Assembly (NCBI GenBank): GCA_964106645.2
Contig: OZ067042.1
DNA length: 64,000 bases
Source of the DNA: Podarcis pityusensis
Taxonomy: Eukaryota
Reading direction: 5' to 3' (one strand)
Program-made: the position numbers and the translations under genes
Shown here: piece by piece, positions 35,027 through 46,993 of the stretch
Numbering within the stretch: position 1 is the first letter of the stretch
Layout: every line of letters starts with the position of its first letter
The notes under the pieces: model-generated
The model's database searches: none
Told to the model about the DNA's origin: nothing
What the model saw: the letters and a program-made list of their open reading frames with translations, nothing else

Positions 35027-35514
35027 CAGAGCTGCATTGGCTGCCAGAACAAAATAGCCAAGGATTCTGCCATGATTAGCCAAAATCTGACATTGAGTAA
35101 CGGTCCATTAGAAATAGCTGCCTTTCCTCAGAACGTTGTCCTCAATGACCTTGGCATTTTGCAGGGTTACATGGGAAGCATTACTTATTTTATTGCCATT
35201 TATATCCCCTTAAAAATGGCAAAATCAACGTAGCAGATTGCTAAACCAGCAATGGCAAAGAGCTGAAACAGTTACCATAAAGCCTAATATTGTCATAAGG
35301 TTTGTTTCCAAAGAACAAATGTTGGAACACAGCTTGGACCCCGTTGCCTCCCCTGGCCTATAAAATAGGGTTCAGGAATGGATTTGGGACTGCTACTTTC
35401 AGTTCTCTGTTAGGATTGCCAAGCCCAGACTTTTGAGATGTCTCTTTTCCTTTAAAATGAATGTAAAAAGGAGAATTCGAATGAGTATGGGATTTGTTCC
35501 ACCATAGTGATGTA

Positions 35515-35900
35515 TTATTATTATTAGTAATAATAATAGTATTGATATTATTAATTTCCTGCCTTTCACCCTAAAGTCCCAGGGCGGGCTACAATTAAAA
35601 CACAATGTTAGAAACAGTGTAAATCAACTTGCAATCACAGAAACAAGGTGAGTCCTAAAAATATACATCTCAGGTGTCAAAAGCTAGGGTAAAGAGGTGC
35701 CTCTTCAGCATTCACCAAAAGTTGTATATTGAAGACAGCAGATATGCCTCTGTGGGGCCAGAGGTCCACAGTTTAGGGGCGGCCACTGAGAATGTCTTCT
35801 CTTGGGCTGCTACACACCCATAAACCTCTGGAACAACTAAGAGGGACCCTCTGCTGATCTTAACTCCCAGGGGTTCTGTAGGGAAGGTCATCTGCACCTG
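35515..35900 (-). mobile_element. L2-type LINE 3' end
   Basis: Minus-strand translation contains LLVVP...TFSVAAPKLWTS (L2 ORF2 C-terminal motif AFSVAAP.LWN.LP), followed by a (TAA)n tail. Confidence 0.75.
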
Positions 35901-36776
35901 GTATAAATTTACCCCATGATGCCTCTTGTGGTCCAGTTTAACACTCACATCTTAGATGGCTAAGCTCCTGTTGCAAGGACATTAGCCTGTGCACCTCCTT
36001 GCTGAGACGGAGGCCAAAACTGTTCTTTAGGAACATAGGAAGCTGTCTTATACCTGTGCATCTGGTCCAGCATTTCCTATTTAGTCTGCCTATCAATGGC
36101 GTTGCAGGGTCACTGCTAGAGATCTTCTTCGCGTTACCTTTTACCTGATCCTTTTAAACTGCAGATACCATGGACTGAATTTGAGTCTTTCTGCGCACAG
36201 AACATACACTCTGTCACTGTGCCTTGGAGCCTTTTCTCTTTGTCACTCTGTTTCTTCGTCACACCTGATGCCATGCTCATTCTGTTCATTTGACTTTTTT
36301 TTCTTTTAAGTATGCAATTACGTGAGGCTTGTGTCATGGCGATTGTTTCCATGTAAACAGAAATAAGTGAGTGCCGGGCAACGGAAGCACAATGTGTGAT
36401 TGATGTGTTTAGAGCAAACAGAATGCAGATACCGCTTACAGGGTGTTTTGACGCAAACCTCTGGTCTTCTGAGCCTTGGGTATGACGGCTATTTCTCACT
36501 CCACAGCTCAGATATCTAGAATAACACGCATCTCAATACTTGCAGTTCCACCAGCCCCCTCATCCCAGCCGCAGGGGCTTCTTGGTAGCCAAAAAAGGAG
36601 CTGTGCGAAGCAGCATGGGTGGGTATCTTACCAAACAACAATGGTGCCAGCAGTTCAAATCCCTAGTTAAGATTCCAGGCTCTTGCCCAGAATTGCTAAC
36701 TAGCTAATGTCAATGCCAAATCTTACTATTTTATATGTATTGGTTTATTTATAACCCACTTCTTTTTCTGTGTAGG

Positions 36777-37275
36777 TCAGGGTTGCCAACCGTGTGCCCA
36801 CAGGTTCCATGGTGCCCAGGAAGGCTTTCACTGGTGCCCCAGGGCATGTGACCAATACTCTGAGCTTTCAGGAAAAGAATAGCCAAGTCTCTTGCCCTCC
36901 CAGAAAGAAAGTTGTGAGATAAAAAGTGCAATTACTTTCTGAGCAATTTTTGTGAAATGAGAGTCAGTGTAGTGTGGTGACCTTGTGTATTTTCCCAATA
37001 CTGAGGAATGCGCCCTGTTGCTGTTAGACAGCGACAGCCTCAGTGTATGTTTCTCCCTCTCTATGTGCGTCTAAGTATTGTGTGATTTCCATAGCCATGA
37101 CCAGCAGGACATAGCTGTCTTCCCATGATAAGCATAAGCTTGTCAGGGCTGGTTGTCTCTTGAATTTTATATTATGCTACGTTCCATCCCTAGAGTAGCC
37201 ATTTTATGACTGGCGCTCCCAGCACTCTCTAAACATTCAAAATGTGCCCACTAGTCCAAAAAGGTTGGTGACCTA
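36777..37275. mobile_element. Old hAT-like non-autonomous element
   Basis: Inverted ends cagggttgccaacc / ggttggtgacct. No clear TSD. Confidence 0.4.
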
Positions 37276-37289
37276 TAGATGGTTCTCTT

Positions 37290-37440
37290 TCTCCCACTTT
37301 CTCCTAATAATAACCCTGTGAGGTAGGATAGGCTGGGAGAGAGAGTGACCGGTCCAAAAACAACCAGTGAGTTTGTGGGTGAGCAGTTGTTGTGGCAGGG
37401 ATTTGAATCTGGGCCTCTCTGATGACTATGTCATACTACC
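37290..37440 (-). mobile_element. MIR/CORE-like SINE remnant just upstream of NEURL1 exon 5
   Basis: aataaccctgtgaggtagg...ggctgggagagagagtgacc...ccagtgagttt...gggatttgaatctgggcctct follows the typical antisense CORE-SINE pattern. Confidence 0.6.
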
Positions 37441-37488
37441 TCTCAGTAAAAAACTGAAACTATACCAGCATTTCACTTCCTTCTGCAG

Positions 37489-37635
37489 GTTCTACTCTCC
37501 TGGCTGAGCGACTGGGCCCCTCTGCACCAAGCTCACCCACCTCATCTCCAAACTCTCCCTCCGTCCTCTGCAGTGGCATTTCTGATCCCATTCTGAGTAC
37601 ATGTGGATCTGGCCCACTTGGCAGCTCAATCAGTG
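37489..37635 (+). CDS. NEURL1: NEURL1 coding exon 5 (Ser/Pro-rich linker)
   Basis: ttccttctgcAG acceptor, G|gtaagt donor, 147 bp, phase 1/1. Encodes (G)STLLAERLGPSAPSSPTSSPNSPSVLCSGISDPILSTCGSGPLGSSIS. Not in the ORF track. Confidence 0.95.
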
Positions 37636-37891
37636 GTAAGTACTCCTACAGCACCAAACTATACCCCTTCCAGCCTCAATTACTGCATCTCGTCAGAGCC
37701 CTTCCTAAATTCATTTTCCTTTCCTGCCCCAAGAAGTGCAGGAGCTGCACTTTGGGGCAGTCTTCAACCTCTGCTCATTTGTCATTGCAAAATTCCTCTC
37801 CTCTTTTCTTTGTTTTAAAAGTGATTTTAGATTTTATAATGGTGCTGTATTGGTGATATTTTGTTGTTTTAATATAATTTTGTAAACTTCC

Positions 37892-38192
37892 AAGAAAGCT
37901 GTTCAACAGTGGAATGGATTCTCTCAGGTGGTGGTAGACTCTCCTTCCTTGGAGATTTTTAAGCAGAGGTTGGATGGCCATCTGTCGTGGATGCTTTAGT
38001 TGAGACACAAATCTAGATGCGAGCCATGTTGGTTCTTCCTCCACAGTTGGTAGCAGTAATGTTTCTGAATACCAGTTGTGGGAAACTGCAGGATGGACCG
38101 GTGACCTTGTTCTCGGGTCCTGCTTTCAGGTTTCCCACAGGCATCATGAGAACAGGATGCTGGACTGATCCAGGAGGCTTTTCTTATGTTTG
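37892..38192 (+). mobile_element. CR1-type LINE fragments
   Basis: aagctgttcaacagtggaat...gactctccttccttggagatttttaagcagaggttggatggccatctgtc, followed by ...gagaacaggatgctggact..gatccaggaggcttttcttatgtt. Confidence 0.7.
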
Positions 38193-39326
38193 TACTTGAA
38201 TTTTGATGAGTGGACCCCAATGATCAGGCACACTGCCTGCCGTTGTTTACCCCTTGCACATAAACAAGGCCTGACTTACACTAAGCTTGTGCTTAGGCTT
38301 CCGTGCACTCGGGACACTGGCAAGCAGGTGTTTGGATCGTGTGAAGCCCTATAAATGTGCAGCTGCTTCTTCCTTGCAGACAACTACACCAACCACATTG
38401 ACATCTGTAAGTAGGGCTGGGCCACATGCCCAAGGCCAGAGGCCGGTCCGGAGCCTATTTCTACTCCTCTGCAGGCGCAGGGTGATACTTTCACACAGAT
38501 AATGGATGTAGGGGGCTTTAGAAGTGGCCTTGTGGCGAATTATTGTTCTCTAGAAATTTATCAATGCCCAGTGTTCATCACTTTGAAGAGCTACCCTCCA
38601 CCCCAACAGACCAATGAGACAGTTGTCTGGAGATGCAGTTTTGTACTTCTGTTCTTACAGACACGGACAGAGAACCAAATCCACTTATGGGAGAAAAGTA
38701 ACACTTTTACTACAAAAGTAACACGCAGTTGCATGTTTGTGTGCAGGTTACACATTCAAATCCAATTTATACGCCCAAAGAGCCTCCAGACTCTGAGACT
38801 AGACTATGTTGCACTAATTTGTGTACACCTCTTTCTTTGGCACAAATGGGTTTTGCTTCCAAGATCCAAGCCATCGGTGACTTTGGAATATATTTGACAC
38901 TGACCGAGAGGTGGATGGATGAAAAGACTACAGGAGCTAGGGAAATCTGCTAGCAATTGGGGGAGGACACCACGTTCTGAAGCTTATTGTGCTTCTGTAC
39001 TGGTATTGCAGTATCCTATCGATCATGGCTGGCCATCACATTTTAGTAGAAACTGCAAGAGGGGGAGGGATAATCTTGACCTCTGCAGGAAATTGAGTAC
39101 ATTTAGTGACATATTGGAACCCATGAATGGTCCATCTGGCACAGTATTAGCCATCCTGATAGTGGTCAGACAGATGCAGCTGGGAGTTACAGAAGTGGGG
39201 TGATGTTCTCTCGCTCTCATTGTTAACCTCTAGAATATGATATGTTGGACCAGCAATCTTGTTTTTGATATCCCTGGGTGGAGATGATGACATATAAAAA
39301 GAGTGACAGCATTTCTTGTATTGCAG

Positions 39327-39568
39327 GCACAGCTCCAAACTCTCCCGTCAGCATGCCAGAGTCCCCCCTTTCCCCCTCCATCTCAGGTTCCTGGAATGAC
39401 GAGTGCACCATCTGCTATGAGAACATGGTAGATACCGTGATTTACTCCTGTGGACATATGTGTCTGTGCTACACCTGCGGGCTCAAACTCAAGAAGATGG
39501 CCAATGCCTGTTGTCCTATCTGCAGACGTGCCATCAAGGACATCATCAAGACCTATCGCAGCACCTAG
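39327..39568 (+). CDS. NEURL1: NEURL1 last coding exon (C3HC4 RING finger, stop TAG)
   Basis: ttgcAG|GC acceptor. Encodes (G)[79 protein letters not shown] with TAG at 39566-39568. Confidence 0.97.
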
Positions 39569-42500
39569 AGCAGCATGGCAGGAAAAGGGTAGGGGCAGCA
39601 GGGGACATGCTCTCTTATGACAACTCAACAGAACAGGGTGGGGAGGGGCTGTCCAGCTTGCCAAAATTCCCATCCTTCCCTGTGCAACTAACTCTGAATG
39701 TTGCTACATGTGGGCAAATCCCAGAAATTTGAGGTAGAAACATTTCCTTCCTTCCTTGGCATCTAGCAGAGAGCTACTGACAACAATCTGATGTGCATCC
39801 GTCAAGAAAGGTTGAATTGCATTCCTCCTCTTTCCCTAGCTCTGGCTCCACTCACCCACCTTCCTGCAAGGATCAAATTATGCAGAATAATGAGATTTTC
39901 TTGGGTATGTTAGCAGTTTCATTATGTGAATGAATTCAACATTTTGGACGTTTAAGTGGAGTAGAAAAAGAACAATTCATGTGAGCACTGAAACCACTTG
40001 CCGGAGCAAGAGGGATGGCCTCCCCCCATAGAAATATCTCTTGCAAGTGTCTATTCCGATGGGAAGGAACTGCCTCTGCCAGCTCTCCTAGTGGCCACAA
40101 ATGCACATCAGTGGCAGCTGGATCCCAAGGGAATGTGGCGTATGCTGGTGCTAAGGAAGGTGATCTTTGGGTGCTTCTTCTTGTACTGTGCTGCACACGG
40201 GAGTCTCACTGTTAACTGACAGCCTTCAAGTTCTACTTTCTATAAATGCTCTCTTCCTTTCCACACCAGTCTGTTCACCCCACCCTTGGAAGCAGCTGCT
40301 GATAGTGCTACAGCATGACACTGCAACCTTTATGAGCATCCCCCCTGCTGCTTTCCCAAACCCACTGGTTTCCTTCTTTTTTTTAAAGCATTGCACCAGG
40401 AGGCTTTTTCAATGGCCAAAGGGGTGCCTTCACACCTGTTTTCTGCAAATGATGGAGTGCATTTTAGAAGCCATAAGGAAGAAGGCACACAAAGGCCTTT
40501 TATCAGGACACTGAACATCTGTCTCTGCTTTTAAGGAAAGTAAAAGCATCGGTAATTTAATAACCTTTGGCCAAGCTGAATGTGTGACACAGAGCTGCAT
40601 CTATTTTGTTATCATGAAAAAAGAGAGATCTGAAGCAGTTTGTCTTAGTTTTTAAAAAATGTTTATTTGGTTTTATGAAGGATTTTTAAAGTATTCTTCC
40701 CAACATGTGAAGGACAGTTGTTTTGGCCTTTCTTGCTCCCAGCACTGTGAATCTACCTGGCTTGACTGAATTCTTGGTGTTTCCCTCCATGCCTTGCTGC
40801 AGCTGATGGTGCTGTGATGGACAATAACAAGGCCTCATTCTTCAGCAGCTCCACTATCTTCTGTGTTCCATTTGACAAATCCCACATGCATCCGGAACTG
40901 CAGCTTATCGTCACCTGGCACCAAGTGGGCTAACTACTTCTGAAATGCCACCAAATACCCCAGCTGAGAGAAACCCGCAGCCCAGTTCATCAGCCTCAGC
41001 TCCCTAATATGAACACCAGAGAGAGTTAGGTAAGGAAAGAGGTAGATTAAGAAAGGATTTGGAAAAGGACAGCGGATTGCTGGTGTCTGAGATTTTCATT
41101 TCCCCCAATGAAAAGTGTTTCGTTTCACCAACTTAGTGGACAGACTTGCCCTCATCAGAGTCACGCCAGGCTAAATGTACAGGCAATTCCCATGTTGTGT
41201 GCGTGCCGCTTTTCACTGCGGGATGCAGCCCCTGTGCAAATGGAGAGTTGCCTGTAATACATTGAGGCTGTAAATATAATGATGGCCAACTCATATCGGG
41301 AAGGCAGAAAACCCTTTAATACAGATGTCCTTAAAAAAAACCAAGAGGATTGGGGCACAGCATTTCTAAAAGACCCAGTTCCCTGCAACACCTAGCAGCC
41401 GCTGCCTGTAAGGAAAAAGTTAGGAGACTCTTGTTTGAAGTATACCCAGCATGGTAATACTCCTGGACTGGACTGATTCTTCTCCTACTTTCTGTCTGAG
41501 CACTTGGGAGTGCTTCAGCCTGGGCTGGACCTAGCTAATCCACAGTTTACAATAGGGATGGGGAAATTGTGGCTTTCTAGATATCATTCGACTTCCATAC
41601 ATCCCAGTGAGCATAGCAAAGGGAAAGAAATATTGGCAACTGTAGTACAGCATCACCTGGAGAGGCACAAGTTCCCCATCCTTGGTTTATGGGGATCAGC
41701 ACAGTGGCTGCTGAACCACCTCATCGACACCTGCCTCACGCAGGTGTGGTCCAAAGAATATAGATAACTGGTTTCCCCCCATCCAGGCATTCCTAGTCAA
41801 CTTGCCCCTAGGACTCATGATCTGTAAAGATATTGTGATGTGCAATACTAAGCAATGGCACCTCTTGAAATTTAGTGTCCATGTTGCTGGATGTGCAGAA
41901 AAGGCCTCAGTTAAAATTGCCTCTGTTTGGGCATATGACCACCTGCGCATGTGGTGTTCAAAAGAAAAGCCTGCCTGGTTTGGCCCTCCGTCCATGCTGG
42001 CTTGGTCATGTGCTGCCATTGCATGAACTGGATCCAACTGCTGAAATGTTACTGCAAATGCCACTTTGAATATTTGCACACAGCCAACTCCTCACTGGCT
42101 GGGAGCCAGCAAGCACTTTGCTGTTGGTTGTCAATCTAAGTAGACCCTTATCAAGGCAATGGATATTGTACCATGTGATAGGTTACAGGCACTTCAGGAT
42201 AAAAAACAATGCAGGTGGATTGTAGCAATCCCTTGCATAAAGGACAACTGACTCACCTAGTCACAAACCAAAAATAGAAGCTATAGTTCCTAAGAGTTTG
42301 CTCACTCACACTAGTCTTGGCCCACATAAATTAGCATTTTTTCCTAACCACCCCCCCAACCAAAAACCATTGTGTCTTGCTTTTTGTCTTGCCACCCCGA
42401 GGTGCTCATCTGTGCTCTCTTAACTGCACTCAAATCCCTAAACAGCTTCCCATTTCACTAGTAACTTGCATCTGGCCCTCTGCAGTGTCAACCACTTGCA

Positions 42501-44607
42501 AAGCATTTTTTAAAAATGAGCACAAAGCCTCAAACTCCATAGCCATGACATAAGAGAACCAGATGTAGATGGGACAACCATATGATTTATCTCTGCCTTT
42601 GGCAAGTAGGACATGGAAAGTTAATTTATGCCCCTCAAGGCAGGAGCCCTTTCCTACTGTGGCACCATAAGATCATTTGAAGCAGGATCTGACAAGACCA
42701 TTCTCTCTCTGTGTGTGTTGTCTTCCGTTGAGTTCATTGCATCTATTCCAGTATAAGTTGTGTGAAGAGAACATCTCGTACTACCTTTCATGTCCTACAG
42801 CAGAGATGGGAACCTTTGGCCCTTTAGAAGTTGCTTAATTTCCATCAGCCACAGCCACCATGACCAGTCTGGGTCAGGGAAGATCAGAATGACAGCTCAG
42901 CAACATTTGGAGGTTCCCCACAGCTGCCCAATGGCCATAAGTAGATAAGAAAATTACAAACTAAGGCTGTAGTCATATGCCCACTTACTTTGGAGCTAGT
43001 CTTTTTGCACAATCATGGCTACAAACAGGCTGTGTTCATTCTGCAAGGTTCCCATCAAATCCAGTCTCCTCCACAGCTACAGTATAAAAAGAGAGAGATA
43101 ACATTTGTTTCAGCAGTTGGGGCAATACATAATATGCAGTAACATAGGGAAGAGACAGGGCCAGCATTGTCTGGAGATTTCATGCAAGACACATTCACCT
43201 TGATCTGGTTCTGATTCTTTGTGATCAAGGAGCTCCTCTTCCCTGAATAGTTCCCTCCGTTATCTGGAGAGAGGAAGTAGGTCTGCAGGTGTATTTCCTT
43301 CCCAATAAAAGATTTGCTGCCTCTACTCAGCTGATTGAGGCAGAGTGTAGGGACAGGAGCCCCACATGAGCAGATAAGTGAATATATATGGCTTTGGAAC
43401 AAGGTATTTGTGGCTATATATCTTGCTTTCACATAGTATCTAAAATCAGAGGTGAAGCTCTGCATTGTTGCATCCACAATAGCAATGGAGATATCAAAAG
43501 ATGAATTAACGTATTTTATATTATTATTATTATGGCATATCGATAGATGAGAAGGATGGGGTAAGGGGGAGAAAGCAATTCTTTAAAAATAGAGACAGTG
43601 GGGTAGGATAGCCAAAGGCTTAAAGTACTGTAACAACACAAACATCTCCTAGGCTCGGCATATTTTGCCAGTCAGTTTTCACATTTCCCTAGAATGTATT
43701 TTAATGAGAGAAGGTGCTTTGGGAAACTTCAGCCCAGGGCTTCATATTTTAGGACACTATGCCATAGAAACTAGCAACATGTCTTCAAATGATGAATTCA
43801 TAATTAAAATGCTGTGTATAGTTGATGCTGCTATTGTGCATGAGAAAAATATTGCCTCTAGAAGAGATGTTTTCTAGAAAATGCATTTAATAATATCCCT
43901 TTGGCATCACTTCTGTGGGGAGCACACTTCTTATTTTACAAACAATTGTGGCTAGTAAAATTACACGGCACACATTTCTAAACACCTAGGGGTGTGTGAG
44001 GAATAGTTTTGTTTTTCGGTTCATTGTCACTTTTAATGTTTCTTTTGTTTAATTTTCTATTTGTTTTCCCATTGCTTTCAGTGGAAGACCCAGGCAGTTT
44101 TCTGTTTTAACTTGGATGTTTTCTATCCAGTTGGTATGCAATCTACTACCTCCCCAGGGCATTAGACCCACTGAATGGGTCCCCATTTTATAGGTTCTTC
44201 GAAGCATGCCGAGGCACAGGCTAGATGCTCTGTGAACTGAACACAGCTTTCACTGGTCTCTCTCTTTCCCCCTTACTGTGACATTTCTCTGAACTGTGCA
44301 TAGACTTCTTCAATGCAAAAGCAATGCCTCTAAAGCAATGCAGCTGAAAACAGAGAAAAACTTTAGTTTAATTTTCATTCAAATTCCCATTTACTATAAA
44401 AACAGATGAGTAAATGAGGCTCATTTAATTTTTCATTCATGTTTCAAATGACTGCACACTCTTACCTAGTAAATGAAATGTCATTAGTTTCTGAATAGAT
44501 GGGTCCTAATCCAGAAATGCACATGTTCAACAGTGGACTTCACTCACGTGCTGTTCAGGTGGGGAGCTAGAGTAATCAACTTTGTGTTCAAGCCCCGCTT
44601 TGGGCAA

Positions 44608-44676
44608 AAGATTCCTGCACTGCAGGAGGTTGGACTAGATGACCCTTGTGGTCTTTTCCAACTCTACAATTCTATG
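44608..44676 (+). mobile_element. CR1 LINE 3' end in the NEURL1 3'UTR
   Basis: gattcctgcactgcaggaggttggactagatgacccttgtggtcttttccaactctacaattctatg. Confidence 0.8.
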
Positions 44677-46142
44677 GTTGCCCAAATAATCTGTTTGAAA
44701 TATGAGGCCTGGATTTATTCATTCCATTTTCCCTTGTGGGAAAACAAACCCCTGAGCCTGCAGATGTCAGTCACTGGTTGAGAGGAAGTTCACATACAAC
44801 CCTGAATGTAAGGCTTTTAAAAGGTGAGCCATACTTACCGTCTCATTTTGTGCTTCTGCTGGAATGGGCTCTTGTCTGAAATGCTGTATTCCTTACTGAG
44901 TCATTCCTATGAAGTGTCAAAGTAGGGGTAAGGAACTTGTTCAGATTGCAGTGCCTGCACTTTTAAATTTAATCCTCCCCATGTTAATGAGTAGGGATAT
45001 TTTGAAGTCGATAAAAAAAATGCTTCCTTCATTGCAGCCTATTAAAACAAATAATGGATCCACTTTATGTCCCTAATAAAGGGTTTGCCTTGACAAAGAA
45101 TGGTTGTTGTTTTTTTGCTTAATCTGTTATTGATTGTGATAAACTAAAGTAACTAAATTACATGTGTTCCTAAGGTGTTGCTAATTTGCAGGAGCTGCAT
45201 TCTGAAATCCTAATAATTGGACTGTGGGTGGAAGGAAATATTTTTGTTTTGACTTGAAAATATTCCCACTCATTACCTTTTTGGCAACCAGAGAAGTTGG
45301 TTCCATTCCAGTAAGGGAAACTGGACTGAAGTGAATTAAGAGAGAACCCCACACTGTACAAGTATCTGAAAGAGGGTCCATGCTAAAGGGGTACATGGTT
45401 GTCTGCAAAGTTTTAATTTAAAAACAAAAGCTTTTGGCAACATGTGCTAAGAGCACATAACTAAGGTCAATCATACTCATTGCCAGAGGCAAACTGTTTC
45501 TTTTATCCAGGTAAGCCAAGGGCCCAATTCAAATCCTTACACAACAGCTGAAGAGAAAATCAATCACGTTGCTGCCAGCTTTGACTTGCTCAGGGTTGTG
45601 TCCACATATACCTAAGCCAGCTCCCTTCACCTAAAGAGATATTCAGTATTCCCTCCTCCCCCCTTAGCAGCAGCAGCCTTTTGCACGTGCAAGTTCAAAG
45701 CTTGAAGGCCAATCCGTGCACAAAAATGTATTTGGGCATACAGAAATCTGGTTGAAGATGGAATCAAGGGAAGGAAGAGTGTGAAAGGGAGAACATTCTC
45801 CTTCCACTCAGTTAGTGTGGGGATATGTATGTATTTATTGAGGACCAAAGATGGAGGCGGCTTACAGAAGCTGAAAAAGAAGTGCAAGGCAGTTCATGCA
45901 GAAGAACATTTCAGTGGGAGCATTATCACAATCGGTTTCATTTTCCTCTGTATTTTTGTGTCAGGATCTAGAATTCATGTGATACAATGTCAAGGAAATG
46001 AGAATTTTATCTTTTAATTGCTTTATTTAAAAACAAATTTTGTGTTTTGTTTATATATATATATAAATATATATATATACACACACAATATATAAAAAAA
46101 GACTATTCCATTCAGTGTGAGAATTGGATAACAGTGATTGTG

Positions 46143-46148
46143 AATAAA
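46143..46148 (+). terminator. Candidate distal poly(A) signal of NEURL1
   Basis: AATAAA preceded by U-rich and TA-repeat sequence and followed by ggtgctggtgtgg and a T-run (downstream element). Confidence 0.62.
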
Positions 46149-46458
46149 GTTGATTTAGGTATGCCATGGAGGTGCTGGTGTGGGATGCTTACATTTTTAT
46201 TTTTTTTGAGGGGGGGACATCCAGGACAATACAATGGTCAATGAGCACAGGAGTCAGTGAAGTATGTGGATCTATTTCCACTTATTGAAACAAATGCCAC
46301 ACATAACTTGGAAGCTTCTCTTAGAAAACACAGGAGGGCCTTTTCTGCTAGGTAAACGGTTTCAGATCATACATGAACAAGACATTCCTTCACACAGAAT
46401 GGCATTTCTTAGTGAGAAACTTCTTGGTCCAAACGGACAGGAAGTAACTGGGCAGCTA

Positions 46459-46814
46459 GGTAAAGGTAAAGGGACCCCTAACCATTAGGTCCAGTTGTGA
46501 CCGACTCTGGGGTTGCGGTGCTCATCTCGTTTTATTGGCCGAGGGAGCTGGCGTACAGCTTCCGGGTCATGTGGCCAGCATGACTAAGCCACTTTTGGCG
46601 AACCAGAGCAGCACACACGGAAACACCGTTTACCTTCCCGCCGGAGTGGTACCTATTTATCTACTTGCACTTTGATGTGCTTTCGAACTGCTAGGTTGGC
46701 AGGAGCAGGGACCAAGCAACGGGAGCTCACCCCGTCACGGGGATTCGAACCGCCAACCTTCTGATCGGCAAGTCCTAGGCTCTGTGGTTTAACCCACAGC
46801 GCCACCCGTGTCCC
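46459..46814 (-). mobile_element. Full-length Sauria SINE (POM-type), copy 3
   Basis: Perfect 13-bp TSD AACTGGGCAGCTA (46446-46458 and 46815-46827); intact A box (46804-46794) and B box GGTTCGAATCC (46751-46741). Confidence 0.94.
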
Positions 46815-46930
46815 AACTGGGCAGCTACATCCCAGTTATTTTCTGTAGAAGCTCAACTGCCCTTCCACCACAAGTTCCTTGGGAATAATAGAGGCAGAAG
46901 GTGGTGTTCGTAACCAAGTTTTTTATATAT

Positions 46931-46993
46931 GCTGTAAGCCACCCAGACAACCCAGTCAGATGGGTGGGGTACAAATAATAAATTATTATTATT
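46931..46993 (+). mobile_element. L2-type LINE extreme 3' tail
   Basis: tgtaagccacccag...aacccagtcagatgggtggggtacaaataataaattattattatt. Confidence 0.6.

Larger units (their letters stand above)
39569..46165 (+). other. NEURL1: Probable long NEURL1 3'UTR (~6.6 kb)
   Basis: No further exon after the stop. A U-rich, UTR-like block at 45900-46150 ends in AATAAA followed by GT/T-rich sequence. The end point is inferred, and proximal AATAAA at 43304 and 45075 are alternatives. Confidence 0.6.

Noticed and set aside
40449-40490. ATGA...AA hairpin as a SECIS element
   Set aside because: No matching 3' GA quartet, and NEURL1 ends in TAG with no in-frame TGA.
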